DNA of 64,000 nt, taken from contig NW_015172014.1 of assembly GCF_001447785.1 (NCBI RefSeq), positions 1,130,632-1,194,631 of the forward strand, in the 5' to 3' direction. Source of the DNA: Gekko japonicus (lineage: Eukaryota). Positions 1-11,226 of this stretch are shown here, in pieces (within the stretch, counting starts at the first letter, position 1; each line of letters begins with the position of its first letter). Made by a program: the position numbers and the translations under genes. Below the pieces are notes generated by a model, which was not told the origin of the DNA, made no database searches, and saw nothing but the letters and a program-made list of their open reading frames with translations.

Positions 1-1250
1 GCAACCTGCCCGTCCCTCGGCGGCCCCGGCTCCGCGGGGCTTTACCGGGCGGGCACCCTCCTGGGCAGGGAACCCGCCGGCCCAACCGCCACTCGCTGGC
101 AAAAGGAGCCAAAGTAGTTTCGGGCTGGCGGCCGGCGCGCGGGTCTCCACCCCCAGGGCCCCAAGCCCCAGGGCGAGAACGTGTGAACACGCGTCCCGGG
201 TCTGGTCACGGGGGGGGGGGGGGGGGGGGGCGCCACGAGCTGGCTGAACGGGCCCGGGGCCCCCCACCCGCCCCAGAGAGGCGGCTGCTGCTGCTGCGGC
301 TGCTGCAGACGAACAACAGAACACGGGAAACAACGAACTCGTCCTGGAGGGACAGGCGAGCCCCCTGCACCCGCCCCAGAGAGGCGGCTGCTGCTGCGGC
401 TGCTGCAGACGAACAACAGAACACGGGAAACAACGAACTCGTCCTGGAGGGACAGGCGAGCCCCCTGCGGGGAAGGGGGGCGGCTGACGGGCACGCAACT
501 TCCGTGGTCTGCCTTCCATCCTCTTCTGCGTTTGTCCCAAACCAGCCTCTGGCTATTCCGGACGGTAGACTGCCTCTGTACGTGGAGGCTCTCTGCCAGC
601 TTTCCGTCGTGGATCGGCCTCTGCCTTCACCTCCTTCTCCAGGAATTGGTCCGGCCCTTTCCTAAGCACCTCTGAGCCACCGGCCAGCACCACATCTTGT
701 GGGGCGGGGATGGGAGTCTAGCTGGGCATTGCGTGGGGAAGCATCGTCCGTCTCTCGGAAGCCCTCCCCCACAAAACCCCTCTGAGGAACGTGGGTCTTA
801 CTCCCATTTTGCAAAGGGGGGGGATGAGATTGCCCCAGCCCCCACCCCCCCCCACTGAACGGGGCGGAGCCATCTCGGATGCGGCTTCTCCAGCCTGCAA
901 GCCCCNNNNNNNNNNNNNNNNNNNNNNNNNNNNNNNNNNNNNNCGGGCGGGGGGGGGGCTCGGCAGAAGTCGGGCGGTGACCCTGGAGAGGCCGGGTTTC
1001 ATGGCTTTTCCTGCCTGGCTCCAGCCATCCGGAATGAAACAATCGCCTGCCCTTTCCGCTCTGGCAGGGCTGCCCGGTCAGGCCAGGGAAGACGAGGCCG
1101 GAAAAGCTGTCCTGGCCGGAGAGTCTCTCTCTCTCTCTCTCCTGGCAGCGGGGAGAGCCGAGGGGGGCCCAGCAGAACCCTTGGTTCTGGTCCCCGATGC
1201 CTCTTAAAATTCCCCCCCCCACCCCCCACCCAGGTTCCCTCCTCTCCTAC
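1..1250. other. GC/CpG-rich island-like region of unknown gene context, containing a ~100-bp tandem duplication and an N gap (906-943)
   Basis: High CpG density and G/C runs; no ORF resembles a protein I recognise. Confidence 0.5.
265..467 (+). repeat. Direct tandem duplication, 103 bp + 100 bp
   Basis: 265-367 and 368-467 are identical except for one CTG unit. Confidence 0.9.
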
Positions 1251-1257
1251 CCCAGAT

Positions 1258-1403
1258 CAGTGTTCCGTCTAAACTGAGTTAGTGTGAGCTAGCTCACAGT
1301 TTTTTAGCCTCTGGCTCACAATGGCTCGCTCACAACTTTAATGCCAGCGGCTCACAAAGTAGAATTTTTGCTCACAAGACTCCACAGCTTAGAGGGGGCA
1401 TTG
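1258..1403 (+). mobile_element. hAT MITE family A, copy 1 (internally deleted)
   Basis: TIR-like ends CAGTGTTCCgTCTAA...TTAGAGGGggCATTG; 8-bp TSD CCCCAGAT on both sides. Confidence 0.9.
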
Positions 1404-1609
1404 CCCCAGATGCGACTCACCATCCCACAAGACACAGCGGGAACAAGAGCTGGATTTCTGCCTGCCTTGGAACGGTGGCAATGGCACAGGAGGTTGGTGC
1501 GAACCAACTGGACTGCATTTGGGCACTCGGTACCAGGACTGGCCCAGTGGAAGCAGGGCTGACGGTGGGAAATGAGAGCCCGTGTGGGGCAGTGGTGAGA
1601 GTGTTCGGA

Positions 1610-1900
1610 ACGTAAGAGAAGCCAATGTTGGATCGGGCCAGTGGCCCACCCGGTCCAACACTCTGTTTCACGCAGTGGCCAAAGAGCCCAGGGGTCCTCA
1701 GGAGGTCCACCAGCAGGGCCAGGACTCCAGGAGCCCTGCCACAGTGTTGCCCCCCCCCCAGCGCCAACAAGACAGAGCATCCCTTTGCCCCAGACATAAG
1801 AACATAAGAGAGGCCAATGTTGGATCAGGCCAGTGGCCCACCCGGTCCAGCACTCGGTGTCACACAGGGGCCATCAGGAGGCCTCCTACCACTCGGCTTC
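1610..1900 (-). mobile_element. CR1 LINE 3' UTR fragments (two in tandem)
   Basis: (CATAAGAA)n tail followed by GCCAATGTTGGATCAGGCCAGTGGCCC; the same block follows CR1 ORF2 at 13.7-13.8 and 43.3-43.4 kb. Confidence 0.75.
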
Positions 1901-2860
1901 CTGGGCATTTTCAGGGCCAGCCACTCTGCAACACGCTCCCTGGTCTGTGGCCGCCAAAGGGTCCGTGGTGAGAGTGGAGCAGAGCCACTTCCCAGCTTGT
2001 GGGGGGGGGAACAACTTCCATTTGGACCTTAAGCACAGAGAAAGACTTCCATTTTCCAGAGGAGAAACTGAGGCAGGAAGAGAGAGGAAGGCTGGGCTGA
2101 GGCCTGTGGCAGAAGACCCACAACACCCCACGGGCCGTCACTGCGCCACGTGATCGCATCGGGGTGCCACTTTGGAAGCCCTTCTCCACTCTGCACAGAT
2201 GAGTGACCGCTCCTCAGTACTGACTGGGCAGTACTCTGCACATGCTCGAAAGCACCCTTGCTTTCAATATTAACTCCACTGAGGCTGCATGCAGAATCAG
2301 GAGCCAAGTCTTTCCTAATTATTTAATCTCTCCGCTCGTTTTTCCACCCCCCACTCACTCCGGGTGGAAAAAATTCCAAGCACCCCGCGAGGTCAGCAGC
2401 CAGAAAACCTGCCTCCCCCCCCTCCGGGGTTATCTCCTCAGCCAGCTGTGATCACAGGCACCTCACCCCTCTGCGGGTCAGCTGTGGGGCAGGAAACAGA
2501 AGGGGCAAAGCTCACATGCTTCGGTGGGGGGCAGAGAGGGGAAGAGCAGGCCCACCGGTGCCTGGACTCCGTGCTACCCGATCGCATCTGGGGCCATGCA
2601 CATCTCCCACACGTCTAGGGAGCACTCATCTCTCGGTTTAATCAAGGCGCGTTCCTGCTGGGGTCCGGGGGACAGGGCTGGGAAAGGAAACAGAGAGAGA
2701 GAAAGACCTCCGCTGAGCCCCCCCCCCCAAATGTGCACCCAAAATAAAGCTCTTGGGCTGTTTGACATGACCTGGAAGATGGAACATGCACCCCCGCCTC
2801 CCCAACCCACGTGACCCGTGGCGTGAGCAAGGAGGCTGGTCCTGACGCCTGCGTTTTGCA

Positions 2861-3035
2861 TTCATTTATTTGTATCCCGCTTTTTCTCTCCCTGGTTGGG
2901 ACTCACAACAGCATCCCCCCCTCTCCTCTGTTCTCTCACAACAAACCTGCAAGGTAGGCCAGGCCGAGAGTCTGTGATGGGCCCAAGGTCACCTAGCAAG
3001 CTGCCGTGGTGGAAGTGGGGATTCGAACTCTGCCA
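2861..3035 (-). mobile_element. Squam3-like tRNA-derived SINE fragment
   Basis: ATTTATTT tail, CTCACAACAAACCTGCAAGGTAGG core, GGGATTCGAAC B-box (reverse). Confidence 0.6.
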
Positions 3036-4825
3036 CCCCACTCCCTCCTGGGGCCGTGCTGGCCCCAGAAGTGATGCCATGCCGCTGAGGCCTGTGGACC
3101 AGCCGAGCTCCTGTGGCAGACCGTGTGCCACCCCAAGCAACTTGGCCAGAGAACCAGCCTGGGACCTCCCGCCCAGCATCTCGTCCCACCCCCAGTAGCC
3201 CCGTGTCCTGGGAGAGAGCCCCTCTTTCTTTGAGGGACTGCACCATACGGAGCCCCCCCCCCGCCAACACGGAGGAACAGCAGTGAAAGTGCAAGCCAGA
3301 GGCNNNNNNNNNNNNNNNNNNNNNNNNNNNNNNNNNNNNNNNNNNNNNNNNNNNNNNNNNNNNNNNNNNNNNNNNNNNNNNNNNNNNNNNNNNNNNNNNN
3401 NNNNNNNNNNNNNNNNNNNNNNNNNNNNNNNNNNNNNNNNNNNNNNNNNNNNNNNNNNNNNNNNNNNNNNNNNNNNNNNNNNNNNNNNNNNNNNNNNNNN
3501 NNNNNNNNNNNNNNNNNCACCCCCCGATAAATTTTCAGGCCGTATCCGGGGCGGGGGGGGGGGGGAGGTTAAAAAGAGAGGGGAGGAAGCAACCGGGAAA
3601 GCCCACGAGTGGATTCTCTCTGGGTGAATGAGGGGGCTGGGGGGGCCACAGGGCGCCCGGATTGGCTTCACCTCGGTGGGGTGGGCACAGGCCGCCTTTG
3701 GCCTCTGCTGAGGGTCTTCCCACTAGGCCCCCAAGAGAGTCAGAGCCGGGGTGGGGTGGGGAGTGGGGGGAGAGACCAACACAGAATTGGCTGCCGGGCC
3801 TGGAGATGCCTCTGACAGGTTTGCCCAGATGTTCCTCATCTGCTGGCCGTCTCTCTGCGTTTCTAATGTCTCCATCCACCTTTCTCCCCCCCCCCCGCCC
3901 TGGTCTCTAAAATCCCTGGGAGCTGGCAAACGGATGGGGGGGGGCACCTCCCCACGCACACATGGTGTGGGATGCTGTCAGTGGGGGACAATGGGGACGC
4001 CGGGTTTCCAGGGCCTCCTCCCTCCCCTCCGCAACATGTTCCTCTGGAAGCGATATCCCGCTCTCCGTGGCTCCGGAATCCGGCCTTCCACCTCCACCCT
4101 CCCAAATCTGCCGTCCCGCCCGCACCCCCCCCCTCCGGGCCCAGCAGTCCTGGCTCCCGGCCTGCCCCTCCTCGCTGCAACCTGCTGGAAACACCCACAA
4201 GCTCTCTCCAAGAACTTCTGCCTGTCACCAGGCCCGCAGCTGCTGACTTTTGTTTCGGCAAAGGGCTCATTCATCTCTTGCCGCGTTCCTTTGTCCACGC
4301 CACCGTTTTTCCAAATTGGGAAAAAAAATTCTTTTGTTCTCTCCTTTCTCTCAGGAAGCCAGGGAAGGGAGGTGAGGCCATCGGGCCCGCTTCCTCCCCC
4401 TGCCACCTTTGCCAGTCCAGCAGCTGATCCTCCCCCCCCCGCCCCCGGGCCACCAACACAGTGCCCACCCTGAGACATTGCTTTGCAGGAGGGCACTTCA
4501 CTCCCCCACACTGAACTGAATCGGTGTCCACTTGGCAGAGGCCTGCCCGCCTGGCGTTGTTTGGCTTGGCAGGCTCTTGAAAGAGGCGATTTCCACCCAG
4601 CAGGGTCAGGGGGCTGGAAGGAGAGGGGCAAAGTCCTGGCTGCCAAAGAGCCTGGTTTTGGGACCAATTAAAAAGAAACAATGGCTCGTTGCTGAAGAGA
4701 GACGCTCCGGGCCTTCAGGGCTGCGAGCGAGACACTCGCCCCTTTCTGCTACGGAAGCCACCCTTCTCCCGGGCGCAGTTATGGAGACAAAGGCATTCCG
4801 CACACGCACAGAGACTCAGGAACAC

Positions 4826-5230
4826 CTGAAGCTGCCCTGTTCTGGATCAGACCCTGGGCCCATCAAGATCCGTATTGTCTACTCAGACGGGCAGGAACTC
4901 TGCAGAACCTTTCCTGTCACCGACCACCTGATCAATGTTCCCTCTAAGCTGTGGAGTCTTGTGAGCAAAAATCCTACTTGGTGAGCTCCTGGCATTAAAG
5001 TTGTGAGCGGGCGATTGGGCTGCTGCATAAATTAGTCTGCTCTGGAGCCCCATCCTTCCTGAGCTGAGACAAAAATCTGTGAGCTGGAGGCTAAAAAAAC
5101 TGTGAGCGAGCTCACACTCACTCAGCTTGGAGGGAACACTTCACCTGATCCTTCCAGCTGGAGATGCTGCCGGAGATTGATCCTGGGACCTTCTGCGTGC
5201 CAAGCGGAAGCTCTGCCACTGAACCACCAC
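4826..5230 (-). mobile_element. tRNA-derived SINE interrupted by hAT MITE copy 2
   Basis: Reverse complement of the GGCTCAGTGG..GCATGCAGAAGGTCCCAGG family seen at 46082 and 48885; split at 4933-5141. Confidence 0.7.
4933..5141 (-). mobile_element. hAT MITE family A, copy 2
   Basis: CAATGTTCCCTCTAAGCTG terminus; TSD CACCTGAT at 4925-4932 and 5142-5149. Confidence 0.9.
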
Positions 5231-5429
5231 GGACCCTCCCGTTCTCCTCTTTAGGACTCTTGTAGTGTCCCAGCCCCACTGCTGGACCCCCTGATAGCCT
5301 CTGGTATTTCTGGCCACTGTGTGACACAGAGTGTTGGACTGGATGGGCCATTGGCCTGATCCAACATTTGGCTTCCCTTATGGTCTTATGTTCTTATGAC
5401 TGCTTCATGCATTCTGGAGACTGAATCCT

Positions 5430-5800
5430 TATTTTTATTTAGTTAAAACATTTTTCTTATGCTGCTTTCCCCACCCAGTCAGGCCCTTCTCCCCCAAAGT
5501 GGCAACCATTAAAACAAATTAAAACATTTGATCAATTTGAAATAGATTTAAAATTATAAAAGCAATTCAGTAAGAGCACACAAACACACGCCACCAGGAC
5601 CCGGGAGGAGGACCAGTCACCGCTGTTGGGGGGGTGCCAAACAAAACAGAAAAGTCTTCACCCGCTGGCAGAAGGCACCCATGGAGGGAGGCGGGGAGGG
5701 GGAACTCCCTGGGGAGGGAGTTCTAAGGTTTAGGTGCCACGACGAAGAAGGCCGTTTCTGGGGGCCGCGGCCTGTCTAGCCGCAGGTGGCCGGCGGCAGC
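5430..5800 (-). mobile_element. L2-like LINE 3' fragment
   Basis: TTTATTT tail and TTAGGTGCCACGACGAAGAAGGCC, typical of antisense L2 3' ends. Confidence 0.5.
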
Positions 5801-6623
5801 CAAAGCCGGGACTGCGAAGAGTGTTGCCTTGGTATCGGCCGGGTTCAGATGAAGCCCGAACATAACAGCAGTGACAACGAGAGATCTGTCTTCCATGGGT
5901 GGAGGAGACGCTCTTGGTGGGATGCAGTCGGGGCACGACCTCCAAGAAGAGGGAGCTCTGGGCTGGCATGCAGAAAGTCCCAGGTTTGATCCCTCGTCTC
6001 TGCGGCATGGAGGATCTCCCCCGGCACCGATCAAGGCCCCAACCCAGCCCCTGCGAGAGAGGAGCCACCACTCTGGGATGCCTGTGCGGCTGCCGGCTTC
6101 CTCTCTCTCTCCTGCCTCTCACCACCCACCCCAGAGCCAGCCGCCTCTCTCTGCCGGCCTGGATGTCACCAGAGCCACCCCCTGGCCTCCCCCCACGGCG
6201 GCCGCGCAGAACAATAGGCCGGGGCAAATGAATGCCTGGCAGCCGCTGGAGGAATTTCCTGAGCAGCAGCCGGGAAGGCAGATCATCGGGCTACGAAATA
6301 ATAGATTGTGCTGACTGTCAGAAATCAGTGCTCTGCGCGGGGCTCCCCGTCACTGGCCTGGCTTGCCTTCTTTTGGGCCGGCCAAGAAAGGAAGCAGGTG
6401 GGAGGGGGGGGGAATGAGGAGGAGGGCTGGGGCTCAGGACCCCTGGGTGCTCTGGGGGGGCCTGGCTTCTGGGCAGGGGCTCGCTGGAGGCCAGGCCTAC
6501 AGTGTGATCTTCACTGGATTTATTTTATTTCTGTCGTTTTTGCTCCGCCATCATCCACAACGGGGACCCAAAGTGGCTTATGTTATTCTCCTCTATTTGA
6601 TCCTTATAAGAACATAAGAGAAG

Positions 6624-6852
6624 AAGCAGACCTGACTTGGATAGGCCAGGCAAGCCCGATCTTGTCCGATCCCAGAAGCTAAGCAGGGTCGACTCCAGCA
6701 AGTACTTGGATGGGAGACCTCCTTGGAATACTGGAGGCGGGGGCAGGCTTGATTCAGCCACTTCTCAGAATATCCTCCAGGCCCCCAGTAGGGGTCAGTC
6801 ACCAGAGGTCACCGTGACTTCCAGGTGCATATGCACATATGAAAAATTTAAA
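6624..6852 (+). mobile_element. 5S rRNA-derived SINE (SINE3 type), family A
   Basis: 5S-like head GCCCGATCTT..GAAGCTAAGCAGGGTC..GTACTTGGATGGGAGACC..GGAATAC; shared non-5S body; A-rich tail; TSD AACATAAGAGAAG at 6611-6623 and 6853-6865. Confidence 0.85.
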
Positions 6853-7325
6853 AACATAAGAGAAGCCATATTGAATCAGGCCAATATAAGGAAGTCCACC
6901 ATCAGTGGGGCCAGAACTCCAGAAACCCTCCCACTGTGGCCCCCCCAAGCAGCAAGAAGGCAGAGCATCCAGTGTTCCCTCTAAGCTGAGTTAGTGTGAG
7001 CTAGCTCACAGTTTTTTAGCCTCCGGCTCACACATTTTTGCCTTAGCTCAGGAAGGATGGGGCTCCAGAGCAAATTAATTGATGCAGGAGCCAAATTGCT
7101 CGCTCACAACTTTCATGCCAGCAGCTCACAAAGTAGAATTCCTGCTCACAAGACTCCACAGCTTAGAGGGAACATTGAGAGCATCCCTGCCCCAGACAGA
7201 GTGTTCCTATCTATACCTTGTGGTTCATAGCCACTGATGGACCTCTGCTCCAGATGTTTCTCCAACCCCCTCTCGAAGCTTGTAGCCACCACTGCTTCCT
7301 GTGGCAGTGAATTCCACGTGTTTAT
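6853..7325 (-). mobile_element. CR1 3' end, interrupted by hAT MITE copy 3
   Basis: Antisense match to the CR1 3' end at 43140-43430. Confidence 0.75.
6970..7177 (+). mobile_element. hAT MITE family A, copy 3
   Basis: TIRs CAGTGTTCCCTCTAAGCTG / CAGCTTAGAGGGAACATTG; TSD AGAGCATC. Confidence 0.92.
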
Positions 7326-7942
7326 GGATTCAGGTTTTCAGTAGAGTCATAACTCTTCAGGCTGTCTTGTGCGAAAATCCTCAAAGCCTGCATTTGGGGG
7401 TGGGGGGAACCAACCCTCCCCTTATCTTTGTTGATCTGCCATCTGGTTGCCATGTTGGGCTTCTGCTAGCGGGAAACATGTCTTTCGCACCGATGGCACG
7501 TGAAGGCCACATGTGAAGTCTGCGCTGGCCGAGGCCAAAACACTTCCCTGGGGAAATTCTCACTCACCCAGCACCTTGCAGAAATTGAGCTGCTACCCAA
7601 ATTCAGTAGTTGCATATCCTGCGTCCTGTGTCGTTGCTTTGCGCAGGTGGAAGCCCAGTTCAGATGAGGTGCCAGCCGAGGGTGTGTGGCAAGGCCCCCT
7701 GGCAGAGCGCTCCGACCTCAGCCAGCATCACGGTTAGAAACCAAGCCCCAGCCCTTCACAGTCGGTCCAGAACGGCTCTGGCGTGCCAGGCTTGGATGTG
7801 GGAGACCAAGCCTTGAATTCTCACTTAGGGCCCACGCTTTTTACTATTATTGTTTATTTTATTTATTTATTTATTAGACTTTTACTCCGCCCTCCCGCCT
7901 AGGCGGCTCAGGGCAGCTTACAGTAGTTTAAAAACCAGTATG

Positions 7943-8283
7943 TGGTGGCTCAAGTGGTTAAGACGCTGAACTGCAGGCTGTGGAAGGTCGGTAGTTCAGC
8001 AGTTCGAAACCTGGGTGCCGCATGACGGAGTGAGCTCCCGTCTCTAGTTCCAGCTCCTGCCAACCTAGCAGCTCGAAAGCAAGAAATTGCAAGTACATAA
8101 ATAGGTATCACTTCAGTGGGAAGGGAACAGCGTTCCGTGCGCCTTGGTGTTTAGTCATGCCGGCCACATGACCACGGAAAGGTCTTCGGACAGCGCTGGC
8201 TCTTCGGCTTTGAAACGGAGATGAGCACCGCAACCCTAGAGTCGGACTTGACTGGCTTTCGAGCAAGGGAACCTTTACCTTTA
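7943..8283 (+). mobile_element. Sauria SINE, near full length
   Basis: tRNA-like head, GAGCTCCCG..CCTGCCAACCTAGCAG..AATAGGTA..GGCCACATGACC body, ACCTTTACCTTT tail. Confidence 0.9.
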
Positions 8284-8856
8284 TAACAATTAATACGATA
8301 TCAAGTCTAAAACAATGTTACTTCCAGTCTGCCTTTCTCTCACTGAGACTTAAGGCTTATGTAGCATGAGTCAAATACAATTACCATGATGGGAAAGCTG
8401 AACACAGATCTAAAGCAGAGCTGAGAAGAAGCATGAACTTTTAAACATGAGATGTTCCTGAGGTGCAGAAACTACCTAGTCTGGAGCATACGCACAGTGA
8501 TAGGTAGCAATGCAGTAGTACAGGCCACGGTCCCTGTCCTTTTACCAGTGCAGCTTTCTGACTCTTTCATCACAACACAGTCCTATTTACCTGTGCAAAC
8601 AGCCCCCCCTGAATAATTCTGTTTTGCACATGTTTGGGTGGGCAGCAGAACAAAGTGTGAGTCCAGCAACAACTGAAAGAGCACCGTGTGACACAGAGTG
8701 TTGGACTGGCCACTGGCCTGGTCCAACATGGCTTGTCTTGTGTTCTTGGGTATAACGTTTTGTGTGCACGCACACTTCTTCAGGGCTACTTAGAGTCAGG
8801 AGGCATAAGTAACAGCACGATAAGTATAGCTAAGTCTGGATTAAAGCAGTTGGTAA

Positions 8857-9186
8857 GACCTGTCCCTTGGACTGCAAGGAGATCGAATCAGTCAGTCCTA
8901 AAGGAAACCAACCCTGACTGTTCCCTGGAAGGCCAGAGACTGAAGCTGAAGCTCAAGTACTTTGGCCACCCAATGAGAAGGGAGCCCTCACTGGAGAAGA
9001 CCCGGATGCCGGGAAAGTGAAGGTGAAAGAAGAAGGGGACCGCAGAGGATGAGACGGTTAGACAGTGTTATCGAGGCGACGAACATGAAGTTGAGCAAAC
9101 TCTGGAGCACGACGGAAGACAGGAGGGCCTGGCGTGATGGGGTCCAGGGGGTCGCAAAGAGTAAAACTGGACTGCGACGACAACAA
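8857..9186 (+). mobile_element. RTE-BovB LINE 3' fragment
   Basis: Encodes PWTARRSNQSVLKETNPDCSLEGQRLKLKLKYFGH; (CAA)-type tail. Confidence 0.9.
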
Positions 9187-9254
9187 GACCTGTGAATAGC
9201 AGGAAATCAGCATGTAAATAAAAAGAGTTAACAAACAGATGTGAGAACTAATTT

Positions 9255-9450
9255 TGAGTCCAGTGGCACCTCTTAGACCAACAAAGTTCAGTTCTGGGTA
9301 GAAGCTTTTATGTGCATGCATACTTTTTCAGATGCATGTGCACCATGCACAGGGAAGCTTATGCCCAGAACTGAACTTTGTTGGTCTCCGAGGTGCCACT
9401 GGACTCAAACTTCGTTCTGTTGCAGTTCAGACCAACACAGCGACCCACCT
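9255..9450. mobile_element. Palindromic Penelope-like element remnant
   Basis: GAGTCCAGTGGCACC..AGACCAACAAAG..AAGCTT inverted about a TGCATGCA centre; related copies at 12998, 28176, 31462, 40144, 45300, 55718, 61563. Confidence 0.65.
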
Positions 9451-9589
9451 GTGACACCTTGGACTAAAAAAATACCTTTACGGGACCAGACTCTTGTTAT
9501 TTCAGCCCAAGCAGCTTCAGTTTTGCCCGCATCGTTAAAAGGGACTGAGCACCTTTTAATCACTGCTCTGACCACGACCTTTGAAACAC

Positions 9590-10174
9590 CGGAGCTCAGG
9601 ACGGGATTCGAACCCGCAACCTACGCGCCGTCGGCCCAGCAGGTTTCTGTCTCTTGCGCATGCGTGCAGCCGCTTCCATTTCCTTCGCGAGTTTTGCCAC
9701 CAGCCGTCCGATCGGCTCCCTCTGGGCCATGGGGCGTTTTCAGAGCGGCCGTCATTTTGGTTTCAAAAGCGGGTGACGCCCCCAACTGTAACGTCATCGG
9801 AACGATGCGCTCCTATTGGCTTTCTGTCTCTGTGGGCGGCAAAAGACCTTAGACATAGAGATTCTTATAAAGTCTAGAGCGACGCGTTCAACAGGCCGTA
9901 AAAAGGGAAGTCCGCCCGGCCGCTGAGCTGCACCCATGGTCGCTCTGGGCAGTGGCAGTCTATGGAGAAACCCTTCTCCAGGCGTCGAGATAGGGCACTT
10001 GCAGGCCAGCGCCATGTTGGATTGAAACCGAGGCTACGGGGGCCGGGCCAGGCGGCGGTTTCCCTCCCCGCAACGGTTCTTCGGTTCAGACGAGCTGCCG
10101 AGGCGAGTTTCGCGGAGGTGCCAAGGGTGGCGCGCGCCTAGAAATCGGAGTGAAGAAAAAAAGGGGCACATGCA
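9590..10174 (+). promoter_or_regulatory. PPP1R35: PPP1R35 CpG promoter and probable non-coding first exon
   Basis: CpG-rich; NRF1-like TGCGCATGCG at ~9655, CRE-like ACGTCA at ~9791, ATTGG at ~9815, TATAAA at 9866, YY1-like CGCCATGTT at ~10010; an acceptor follows at 10395. The exon 1 donor is not resolved (N gap 10175-10375). Confidence 0.7.
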
Positions 10175-10425
10175 NNNNNNNNNNNNNNNNNNNNNNNNNN
10201 NNNNNNNNNNNNNNNNNNNNNNNNNNNNNNNNNNNNNNNNNNNNNNNNNNNNNNNNNNNNNNNNNNNNNNNNNNNNNNNNNNNNNNNNNNNNNNNNNNNN
10301 NNNNNNNNNNNNNNNNNNNNNNNNNNNNNNNNNNNNNNNNNNNNNNNNNNNNNNNNNNNNNNNNNNNNNNNNNNNCCCCCCCTTTTCTCTTGCAGGTGGC
10401 GCCGGACGGACCTGGGGGGGGGGAG

Positions 10426-10605
10426 ATGGCTGGCCCCGGGGGCGGCGACGAGGACAGCCTGCCGTGTGCTGCGCCCGCCCCCCTTCCGGCCCCTCCGGTC
10501 CAGCCCCTGATCCCTGACCCCGCCGTGGTGCTCACCCCGGACCGGGAGGGCGGCGGCGGGGGAATCCTTCGGCGCCGTGGCCCGGGCAATATCCGCCGGC
10601 GGCAA
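10426..10605 (+). CDS. PPP1R35: PPP1R35 coding exon 1 (MAGPGGG...NIRRRQ)
   Basis: Acceptor TTGCAG at 10395, ATG at 10426, donor GTGAGT at 10606; joins VRF to form RRRQVRF (human RQVRF). Confidence 0.8.
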
Positions 10606-10901
10606 GTGAGTGCAAGGGGGGACGGGGTGCCTTCAAAACGACAACACCGGACTGGGGGGAGCCGGCAGGGGAGGAGGGCACGGGGACGTGGGTGGCAGCA
10701 CACTCCTCCTACTAATGCCCTGAGCTAGGACTGTCCTCAAATATGGAAATTATAGTGCCTCTCTGAGCATGTGCAGAGGGCCCCACTGCAATATTCAAGC
10801 CAGGACTGCAACCCAAAAGCAGCTCTTTTAGGAATGGAACTGTTTTCTCCCACACCCCTGGCCGGTCATGAAATCTTCTCCACTTCTCTGTTCCCTCCTA
10901 G

Positions 10902-11226
10902 GTGCGTTTCCGGCTGGACTCTGGTTCTCATGAGGTTGGAGGCGGCCACCTGGACCTGCTGGGGCGAGTGGAGGAGACCCAGGGTGCTTCCACCAGCTCC
11001 CTTGCCCCCAGCCTGCTGACGAGGGAGCCCTGTGGCAGCTTGGCAGAAGATGGGCACCTCAACCAACCCTCTGGGCTGAGCACCCCCATTCTCCACAGCA
11101 GCATCGCCTTGGGGGCGGAGGTGCAGGCCGCCCGGGAGCAGGACTTCGATGCCCGGCGGGCAGCCAGGGAACTCCTCCAGCATTCCTTTCCCACCCGCTG
11201 CGCAGTAGAAGCTCGAGTAGGAGAAA
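10902..11226 (+). CDS. PPP1R35: PPP1R35 coding exon 2
   Basis: VRFRL...PILHSSIALGAEVQAAREQDFDARRAARELLQHSF resembles human [35 protein letters not shown]; CTAG acceptor, GTACGT donor, phase 1. Confidence 0.9.

Noticed and set aside
6650-6730. 5S rRNA gene (also 32690-32760, 45370-45450, 57400-57480)
   Set aside because: 5' end replaced, diverged and fused to repeat bodies with TSDs, so these are SINE heads.
1400-7600. Divergent minus-strand transcript suggested by GTGAGT donors near 1420 and 7567
   Set aside because: The number of such hexamers is what chance predicts; no coherent exon chain.
906-10375. ORFs running through N gaps (906-943, 3304-3517, 10175-10375)
   Set aside because: Artefacts of translating Ns; the gaps abut G/C runs, suggesting sequencing dropout.
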